DNA of 57,135 nucleotides, the filler included, from Sphacelaria rigidula (Eukaryota): assembly GCA_964200075.2 (NCBI GenBank). It is 6 parts of 6 records of this genome, joined end to end, with 100 filler letters (N's around TTAATTAATTAA, not from the genome) between each part and the next. Parts side by side here need not be neighbours in the genome. Positions count along the whole stretch, not along the records: positions 47,698 to 57,135 come from CAXNAA020008500.1; 5 more parts are not named here. The stretch is one strand, 5' to 3'. The notes below the pieces were generated by a model. It ran no database searches and had not been told where the DNA came from. It saw nothing but the letters and a program-made list of their open reading frames with translations. Position numbers and translations under genes: made by a program. Positions 47,698 to 57,135 of this stretch are shown here, piece by piece. How positions within the stretch are numbered: position 1 is the first letter of the stretch; each line of letters begins with the position of its first letter.

Positions 47698-50600
47698 AAT
47701 GGAGGGATGGGACTTCAACCTCATATTATGTTTCAACCCCAAAAATTAGGATCGGCTGTTCTTTGTAGTCGAGCATAGTTATTCCACTGTGGATCATGAC
47801 CACAGGGAACCCTCGCCCTCCGTTGCTCCACGGGTTGGAGAAGGACCCCCAGCAGTGACCCGGTCGGTAAGCCAAGAGCTCACACCGTCACGCATAGTCC
47901 CGCGAACTTCCCAACAGCGCCAGGTCTTGACGGTATGCCCGGGATAAAGGATGTGCCGCTACCGTCCTCTGCCCCCCCGTTGCCCCCTGAGCCAGCACCA
48001 ACACAGAGGTCGAGGCGGAACGTGTTGAGTCACAAGTCCACCCTACCTGCTGCCGTTTCGTTGTCTCGTCACGTGCGGGTCAGCCACTGGCGACCCCACA
48101 CCACGACAGGCGCACGCGGGTAACAGACGATTCGTCCCCTGTAGTCCAAGTTTGGCCCTCGACAATGTGTCTCGCGATGCATCCGTAAAGATCATGTCTG
48201 ATTCTACTACATGTGTTGATGTTGATGATGAAGTTCCGCTGGCGCAGCCACCGGAGCCACGTCCAACGACGGAAAACCGTCGATCCCTTTGTCCACTACT
48301 GTAGATGATTCGGCAGACACATTGCAGAGCAGGGCTAAAATTTCTGCCGACCCCGCACTTGGGACAGCCGCTACCAAGCCGGCAGTGGATGCCCCTTCAT
48401 GCAGACATCACAGCCGATCCCGCACCTACCACGACGGTCACGACAAATAGTCGCACCCCCATAGCGGTTTACGAGATACGTAGCCCTTACGTCCCAACAT
48501 TGGAGAACCCCAAGACCAGTGCCCACATCCCCAGGCCCCACAAGACCACCCCACTGTATATTTCAGTACTAAGTTCAGGAAGTACACAGCGAACACACAT
48601 CAATTCGTTGCCGAAAATTGGTGCGGATCTTACGCGTGGCGTTGTCACCTTATACGATGCGTCTTTTACCACTAGAGTTGGACTGAAAAACTACTTGAAA
48701 GTGGATCTTGTGCAAGCCATCAACTTGTGACCCTGGTATTACTGGACTCGGGCTCCCCTCAGACCTTGCCCACCGTCAGTTGTTGGCAGGGCATGCCCTG
48801 CACCGGCGCGGCCGATTACAGATATCTGCCCCCTGTTCCCCCACGCACCTCCGGTGGCTCCGGGCAGGTTCTATTCTTCAACGATTGAGTGTTGTGCTCT
48901 TCAACGATACGCATCCCACGGCAGACTCTTTGTGTCTGCTTTGATTGTTCCACACAATGCCACGGCATTCCATGTTTTGTTGGGCAAAAAGTACCTGGTT
49001 GCGTTTCCGACATATGTGTTCGGACAGGAAGATGTATTTGTGAAAGACGGACGCCAGCAACTTTTCGGACGTCTACGCATTGATTTAGTACCCAACCAGT
49101 TGTTGAGGTATGCGTCGGCTCCGTTTCCACGTACACCTCTTCTGATATGTGTCCCCCCACCAGTACCACTTCCCCAACTGAGGTCGAGCAAAACACTGAT
49201 TGTCATGGACTAGTTTCAGCTGATACATTGGTTGTGACCGCGTTGGATAACGACGCGGAAGGCGATATTCCTCAAATATTGTTGGATTGTTTCTAGCCTC
49301 AGCAGCGAGCAAGGTTTTTGCTACTCAAGAATGACGTTCCACCACACCTGTCACATCACCCTCAATCTCGACGGTGCCGGTTGTACCGCAGCGGTCATCG
49401 ACAAACTTGTAGATGTTCTGATCCGCTATATCGCGCGATTCTCCACCTCACCTCTGGATATGGGTCGATGCACGATGGCTCCGTTTGAAATCAACGTACT
49501 ATAAAGAACCCCCCCATCGCCACACGCCCGTCTCGCACAAATCCGCTGCTGGCTGATCCAGTATAAGTCGTCATAAATAGCTACCTAGCGGCGGAAATCA
49601 TTCGCGTACGCTTCCAAGACTCCAGGTTGGAGAATGAGTGGGCTGAAATCGAGTCTCCGAGTTTTGGCATGAGTGGGCTGACACCTTCTGCCCCGAAAAC
49701 GGCGCCCGGTGGTTTGCCCCCTCGATCCCCCTTCTTGGTTTCTGGGAATGCCAACACCAATGCAAAAACCATATTTGGATAGGGCATTTTCCGTGTTACG
49801 GCCCCCGCATAAATGTTGCCGCCGCTTCGGAGCCCACCGCCCCCCCATTTGTTTTCTCTGTACAAGTACGCCATCTCATTTCTAGTAGAACGAGAGTAAA
49901 AGAAATGAAGAAATGCGTTTGTTTGTTTTTCCCGCCAAGATAAGGCGCGAAAAACATTAGCCGAGCCCACGTGCCGAGCAGCAATACTTCACCTCCATTC
50001 CCCTCTGCGGATATTCTCGAGCCCGTCGGACGGCGCCGGACACCCGTACAGGATGAAGTTGTTGAGCTGGCCGCACTAGCAAACTGCATATGGAAGAGGA
50101 CGGCATTGTACTTTTAATCCGCAAACCCACACGGACACCTCAGTCAGACCGTCCTACCGATAGATTTGCTCGACTACTCGGTCGAGAACCCCCTTGCATG
50201 TACGTACCGATGCTGCTGCGACCACGGGTTCTGCACGCGTGTCCGAACATTTCGACCGATATGGTAACAAATGGGACGACCTAACGATTTTACTGGTGGG
50301 TGGGTATCGACCAAAGTGTCCGTTGGTGGGTACGTTGTTTGATTTGTCAGACGCGCAAGACGTCTCCCCAGACTGTGCGTTGACCAATTATGTCCATGTC
50401 GCTCCCCAATGGGCCCGATGAAGTTATATCTTGGGACTATTTGAGACCGTTGCCGCTCATGGAGAGTAACAACAAGTATATTCTATTTATTAATAATCGA
50501 TTCAGTTGTCGTTTCGTCATGCATGCCGGACTCCCGGAAGTTGTTGTCCGTCGATGGCAAACATTTTCCCGGCAAACGTTCTGCTGCGGTCAGTACATCA

Positions 50601-52040
50601 CGAGGTTTCCATCGCATCTTTGAAGGTTCGTACCACCCCCAAACGAACGGTGGAACGGAACGTGTCCACCACACGATGGCGCGAGTGCTGTCAGCCGTCA
50701 CAAACGAACGGTAAACAAGTTGGGATCTGCACCTGCCCTTATTCAAACTGAACGACGACAACTCGGTCCACACCGCCACTGGCCTTGCACCAAATGAAAT
50801 TCACATTGGTCGCAGACCGAGGCTGCCGTTGACCATTTTCGAGCGCCGCAACGTGGGCGGTCATCGGAGTTTAGACCGGGATATCAGGGAGTATCATGAA
50901 CTCTTGAGTCATCGTCTACGGTGGCATATGACTTGGTGCGCGAGAAAAATCAAATCAATTTGGCTCAAGCGGTTAGTGCCAATGCCACGTTGGATGCGGT
51001 GATGCATAAGCGCCCAGTGTGGAAGGTAGGTGCATAGGCGTGGGTGTACAACGATGTACAGACGATTCGCCACGGAGACAGCGCGAGTAAGGATTCGCCG
51101 GATAAGGTGTTGAAGGCCAAGCTATCCCTCAATTGGACCGGGCCGTGGAAACGTTTGGGCGTTGGGCCAAGTGCTAAGGCACCGGATGGTCGACCCATCG
51201 GGGAAAACCTATTGTACCTCGATTTCCCCAGGGATGAAGCCGGGCCTTCGCAGAAAAACCACGTGTCTGTCTGGCGCTTTAAACCTCGCACCGCCCCCGC
51301 ACGACACCACGGATACGCCCAAACAGTTGCCGTTAGGACTCAGCCAGTAGGTATTGACGAGGCACGCCACCAGGTCGACGCCTTTTCATACCACGGCTGA
51401 TGACGTTCACGCCCCCGTGGAATGCGTGGTAGTCGATCATATCAGCGGACACCAACTGGTCCGCGGTCGTGGTGGTAAAATAGCAGTGATGGATCAGACG
51501 CACTGAAAAGGATTGATGCGGGTCACGTGGGAATGAGAAGTCGACTTGCAGCATTTCCGTATGCGAATTTTGCTGTACTAGGTAGGCAATGTTGCGCAAC
51601 ATCGTCCGTTGAACCGAAGTTACATGTCTATGCGGAAAGGCGCGGCGGCACGGGAGCTGGCTCGGGAGCATTCGGCCCGGTTTGTCATGGCTGGCTGTAG
51701 CCTTGTTTCGCGTGCGCAATACTTGCTTTCTTTTCGCAGGAAACGTCTACCGAAGGGTGCGTACTTCTGGCACAAGACGCAGGACTCCCTCTAGTGGCTG
51801 GGCAAGATTCACTCACCACCACCCGACTCCGACAACTCCTACTACATCCGCTTCCTCGATTACCCCAGCCCCCTAAAGCTCATTTTGGACGATGCTTACT
51901 ACACTGAAGCGCCGTCCGCTCGCCGCGGGTCCTGGTGTCTCCAGCGTCATGACGACGGCAACAGAAACGACACCATTCTCCGGGATACCGACAAAAACGA
52001 GCGAGGGAAGACGAGTCTTGATGCGTGCTGTCCTATCTCC
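47698..52040 (+). mobile_element. Heavily decayed Ty3/Gypsy element 2; most of RT/RH deleted; integrase with chromo and PWWP/Tudor-like tail
   Basis: RT N-terminus (DMGRCTMAPFEI...NSYLAAEII, about 49455-49610); integrase MYVPMLLRP, ISWDYLRPLP, SYHPQTNGGTERV, KAKLSLNWTGPW; C-terminal VDHISGHQLVRGRGGKIAV...TWE. 5' boundary uncertain. Confidence 0.85.
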
Positions 52041-52102
52041 CGCGTTGTGTCGCCTAGCTGCTTCGACGCCACGGCCGCACCCCCCCCCCTTTTTTTATTT
52101 CT

Positions 52103-52253
52103 GTGTGTATGTGAATGTGTGTGTATATGTGCATGAGTGTGTATACGCATATATATGTGCGTGTGTGCCTCTATGTGTATTTGTAGGTATGTACGCGCAA
52201 ACGGGTGTATGCTTGTGTGCGTATGTGGATATGTGTATGTATTTGTGTGTGTA
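52103..52253. repeat. Degenerate (TG/TA)n microsatellite
   Basis: tgtgtgtatgtgaatgtgtgtgtatatgtgc... tract. Confidence 0.85.
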
Positions 52254-52820
52254 CCTAGCCCTGTTCGCGTTTCCATGTCATTTTGGAGTCGTCGCATGTT
52301 GTAGGTCGAATTGAACTGGTGCTGGAACTGTAATGCTTTTTTTCGAACACAATTGTGTCCTCAGACAAGGTGATACAAGCGAATTGGCACGAGCGTATTT
52401 TTTTCGTTCCGTTTCGACAGTTGGCGCGACCCACTGTCATAGCCCGCCGTATGGTATTTGTGAAGACTCCTCATTGAGGTTGTACATCCATCAACCCACC
52501 TGAAATTGGTGACCTGGTGATGTCTTGAGGACGTGTGTATGTTTATCGTATTGAGCTGTGAGTTGCGAATATCTCGCAACTCCACTCTTCCATCCTCGTT
52601 TGACTCGACGTCTCTGGAGAACTGAGACTACGATTGTAGTCTTTCCCTCCACTGCCGTCCATTTTGTGCTGAGATGCTCACTGCACTTGCTCCTTGCTAG
52701 CTGTGAGAGTCTCAGCCACCTTTTTTTCTCTTCTTCAGTGTTTCGGTTTTTCTTGTTTTGTTCCTACGTCTCTCTGACCTTCACGGAAGCCACCACCACA
52801 GGCGGTGCTAGTGGCCTGTC

Positions 52821-53286
52821 GGACCCGAGACGACCCGTCCCTTCTTTCCAGCCCAACATTTGCGAAAACGGATGACCGATACCCCAAGGGCGCCCTCAGT
52901 GAATGTTACTCATGTAACTGGCTGTGTGTTCGACATTTGTGCCAACGGATGACCGATACCCCAAGGGCTTCCTCAGCAAATTGTCATGTGTCGATACCCG
53001 TTTAATTCTTTAATTCTCTCGTTTATTTTATTTGTTCGCTTTTGTTCGTTTTTGTTCCTGCGTCTCCACATCCTACACTCCTTCGTGAATCGTTGGATCC
53101 GAGACACCCCGTCTCTTCTCCTCAACCCAACATTTGCGAAACGGATGACCGATACCCCAAGGGCGCCCTCAGTAACTGGCTGTTTGTTCGACATTTATGC
53201 CAACGGATGACCGATACCCAAGGGCTTCCTCAGCAAATTGTCACGTGTTTTTGGGCATGGTGACCAATACCCTCGGACTTCCTCAG
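52821..53286 (+). repeat. Array of a 31-bp motif (4 copies plus 1 degenerate) arranged as a duplicated dimer, downstream of Gypsy 2 pol
   Basis: CGGATGACCGATACCCCAAGGGC(GCC/TTC)CTCAG at 52869, 52946, 53142 and 53204; partial copy at 53261. Confidence 0.9.
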
Positions 53287-54739
53287 TACGCGCCGCGCGG
53301 CGATTATCGCTACACGATCCTGGAGCTTCAATCGGCCACTGGTGCCGCTCCTAGATCCTATACCGCGAGCTCTCTCGTTGGTCATTCCACCGGTATGAGT
53401 TTTTGCATGCACTACGTCAATGTTGAAAGTGATGTCTTCTTGATCTTTATGCCTTGGCGGGCCCCCTTGAAACCGATTCAAGTGAAATCCTTTTGCGAGT
53501 GTTGCGCTTCTCCTTGATGTTCGTTCGAATGTAGGTAATACGGTTCCGTTGCCTGAGGAATAATCTGGTATGGTGGGTTTACAGAGTGTTGACCGTGAGA
53601 CGAGCCGAGTAACGCGCGGATTTTATCGGCGGCGTGTAGCTTTTTTTTGTATTTCATGTTGATGGCTTGAATTTGACCGTGCGGGTGATATGCTTATCTT
53701 GTAGGTTGTTATTTGCAGGCCAAGCGCCTTCTCTGTGTGTACCAGAGCCTAACCGATCGCGCAACCACTTGGACCCTGCGCCGACGCTGGACCTCCGTTT
53801 TTTGCCATCATGCGGGAGTTCTTCTTCGCCCTTGTTTTATTATCTTCCTTTTTTTGTGGTGTGGGAGATGATGGTAAAACGTGAGCCTTCGAAGCTCTTC
53901 GAGCGTCTGCATGCTCACCTTTTAGAGTGGGCTATTGTTGATGGTATTTGAAGGAACTAGCGTCGATACGGTACCGCAGCACCCTGGGTGTCGGAGTAAA
54001 TGAACGTTAGGTATGACTCGTGGTTGGCTGTCGAGGCATGTCAGCTTGTTGGAAGATACAAACATATATTGTGTTCTGAGTAGTCGACGGGAGATACAGT
54101 ATATGGTTGATGTATGCGCATCGAATGATCATGTGCACAACGGATAGTATTCCCGGAACGTTTGTTGGATGGAGGATATCTGATCTTTGGTTATTGTATC
54201 ATGGTTAGTTACGGATATAATTCCTGCGTAAGATAGTCACACTGGCGCCCCGAGCCCCCGTCTGAGCTCACTCTATTTTGGGCCCAGGACATCATCAGCC
54301 TTGCCGCCGTTGCTCTGAGTTCCAAGTGAGTCCTTGCCAGTGAGCTTTGTAGTCGTGAGGAAACTACTGGCTCTGGTTCATATTGTACACTACAAGGAGA
54401 TAATCTATTCCTGTGAACATCCTGATTTGAACTGCTACTACTGTGGCTCGGATTATTTATTTGATTTGGATCTGGGTCGAGTCGTTACTATACGCAGCTG
54501 TGCATCGCAATCTCGCACACACGGCTTGAGCCTCTGTTCGTGAGAACATATCAGGACAAAGGTGGACTGAGGCTGCCTCCTCCAAGGCGATTAGCCTTAA
54601 GTTCATAATACTACTCCAGAGCGACGAAAAGCTGAAATCAAACCGTTGCTCACACAAATATGTGGTAACGTGCCAAAAGACCATGCGCTACAAATAGCTG
54701 AACCACATATCACCATCAAACATCAGCTAAGAATTTTGA

Positions 54740-55690
54740 CCGTTTGAAGTCAGTGTAAAGTGACCGAGAGCTGACAGTCAACCGGCCAGAATGTGCCGGT
54801 GGGACACGTTCCAGTAGGACGGCCATACGAGAGAGTGTCGACAAACCTCGTCGAATACAAAAACACCTCCGACGTCAGAAGCTGCAGTACCGTGTGGATA
54901 GGTACTGTCCGTAATGGTCCACCTCACAGGGTATGCCTTCCTCATTTCGATACCAAGTCAACAGGCCACGTCGGTAGCCAGAACTCTTTTCTATAGATTT
55001 TTACCACATTTGGCATCCGGGAAAAGCCGCAACACCCGAAGAAGTTTCCAAAGGAACACGGGAAAACCTACAGTTTGGATTGGAAATTGCGAGACACGCT
55101 CTACGAGAAAGAGCGAACGAGCAAGAAAAGAGAAACAAGTATAAATTGTTCCCAGTGTTCAAACTTGGTCGATTGGTACACATGTGCTGGTCATACCAGG
55201 ACTCAGAAGGGTCGAACCCGAAACTCCAATTACCATGAAGAGGACCTTCCATGATAACCGAGAGATGATCGCCGGTTGTGTACGTGATCAAAATAGGCGA
55301 TGACTCTGAAGTAATGTCAGTACATCCCGCTCACTTGAATGAATATCGTCCGCGGGAAACGCCACCCGCATCAGATGTCGATAAATCGAGCGAGTTGTTC
55401 CTAGACAAACGTCTACCTTTACCAGAGAGACCAAACAGACGAAATGTTGCCTACAACAGAAGTTACGCTGTCGAAAAAGTGATAGTTTACGCTCCAGGAC
55501 CGGGTCGGGAAAGTCTTCATAACCAAAAGTATAGGTCGAGACTCAAAAGCTACGGCCCAGCAGCTGACCTAACCTATCGAGCTGATGAAACACCACAAGG
55601 TAGACACCTCATTGATATAATATGCCGTCATGACAACGGGCTAGCAAAGCGCTCACATCCGGAGTCGAAATCCGAAAATACCGGGTAACG
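54740..55690 (+). mobile_element. Ty3/Gypsy element 3 integrase remnant with chromodomain-like tail, internally deleted
   Basis: PVGRPYERVSTNLVEY, HLTGYAFLISIPSQQATSVART, KLQLP*RGP...PVVYVIK...VHPAHL, YAVEKVI...KYRSRLKSYGPAADLTY. Confidence 0.75.
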
Positions 55691-55969
55691 AAAACGGACA
55701 TGACTGTTCAACAGACTTTTCGAGCGTCCTAGCAAAACGCTCAAGGGTTGAGCAGTAGCCCGAGGTCACAATTCGGAGATCAATTAGAGTCACAACAGAA
55801 GAAAACAAAACACGACGTTAGAACAATTCTGACATGAACGAAAACATATCTGGAATGTCAACGGTGACTGGTGTGCAACTTCCCAAGGAAGATAGCCTCT
55901 CAGCGATCGGGGCGGGGCTGACAAAAAAAAAATCATTTCGATGATGTTCAACAAAAAAACATAAGGCTC

Positions 55970-56430
55970 GTATGATAAAGATCATACCCACTGCTTTGTT
56001 ACTAACACGAGGACGCCGTCCTACTCCGGTGTCAGCGGAACCGAAGGCATCCCAGAACCCGGACATGAAAAACCCAGGCGCCCGTGGACCGATCAGTGTC
56101 CCAGTGCCCAGGCATGTAGAAACAGTAGATGCATCCAGCACCAAAGTGCATGTTATCTCGTGGAAATAGATCACATGTGACACACGTATATGCCACAAAA
56201 TGATACGAAGCAAATAACATGTCGATGTTTCACCAAAGAGCACAATGCTCGCAAGATAAACACCAGACCCACCGCTTTGGTACTAACGCCATGACTTTGT
56301 CCTACTCCAATGTCAGTGGAATCGAAGTCATCCCAGAACCCGGGCAGGAATAGTCCAGGCGCCCGTGGACCGATCAGTGTCTCAGTGCCCAGTCATGCAT
56401 ACCAGCAGATCCAACCAGCACCCAAGTGCA
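55970..56430 (+). repeat. Two about 180-bp diverged direct repeats downstream of Gypsy 3
   Basis: gtcctactcc..tgtcag.ggaa.cgaag.catcccagaacccgg.ca.gaa...ccaggcgcccgtggaccgatcagtgtc.cagtgccca at about 56018 and 56299. Confidence 0.9.
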
Positions 56431-57135
56431 AATACATGTGATGCTTTGATTGATTGCTTGATTGTCGCACTTTAACTGACCCCCCAGGGGTCCAACCGTG
56501 GTCTCATGATAGACGTACCCAAGAAAAACGAAACTGAAACACGCTCTAAGGAGGAATAAAAAAAAGAGGAAAAAAACAGGAACAGAAAAAAAAAGAGGGG
56601 TCGAACAGAACGATAAAGTAGACTAAGTCGTGACAAAAAAAGTAATGAAAAGTCAAAACAAGCAAAGCACAGAAAGAAATGGCCGACCTAAAGCAAGAAA
56701 AAGGAAAACAAGAGGAACGTACAAAGCAAATTTAATAAAATACAATAAAACGATGGGGAAAAAAGAAGAACAATAAAAGGCCTGAGGGATTCAGGGCAGC
56801 AGAGGAGATACAGACAGACACACACCAGTGGGAACCGCAGAACCACCGACTAAGGACATAATCAACAACCGATATGAGAGGACAGAATTTTCCGATTGGC
56901 AGCCCTCGACGCAGCAGCCTCTCGCTTGTGACGGCGGTCTGATTCTCGCTTGTCCGCGCGTCACCACGTGTCCTCAAACTGTTCCGCCCCCTTTTCGACT
57001 CCGATATGCCATTTGCCCAGAGATGGCAACATGTCATATATGACACAGCTATGAGCTGGTCCAGCTGAAAAGAGAACGATTCCCGAGAACACCACAACTT
57101 CTCAGGTTTACCGAATAAGTGCGACTTGAGCATAT

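Noticed and set aside
52821-53286. CRISPR array
   Set aside because: Spacers are duplicated and irregular, there are no cas genes, and the context is a eukaryotic retrotransposon.

Overview
Eukaryotic, intron-rich, transposon-dense DNA; its repeat content suggests a brown alga or related stramenopile (inference). The window is not one locus. Five identical 100-nt spacers (N-run, TTAATTAATTAA, N-run) join six segments of 9440, 9440, 9439, 9439, 9439 and 9438 bp, consistent with size-sorted unplaced contigs, so nothing should be linked across a spacer. Contig 1: a LINE remnant and a minus-strand gene with a PWWP-like domain and possibly a PDZ-like exon. Contig 2: a complete 4-exon ZNF207/BuGZ-like gene with a GC-AG intron, plus the ends of two neighbouring genes. 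Contig 3: part of a WW + LRR gene and tRNA-derived SINEs. Contig 4: a foldback element, a pogo/Fot1-like remnant and a decayed Copia element carrying nested insertions. Contigs 5-6: three decayed Gypsy elements. Several non-autonomous DNA-transposon families can be defined from TIRs and target-site duplications (TSDs). The most interesting signal is a shared integrase C-terminal extension in two divergent Gypsy elements, a chromodomain followed by a PWWP/Tudor-like module, which may be a dual histone-mark reader for integration targeting.
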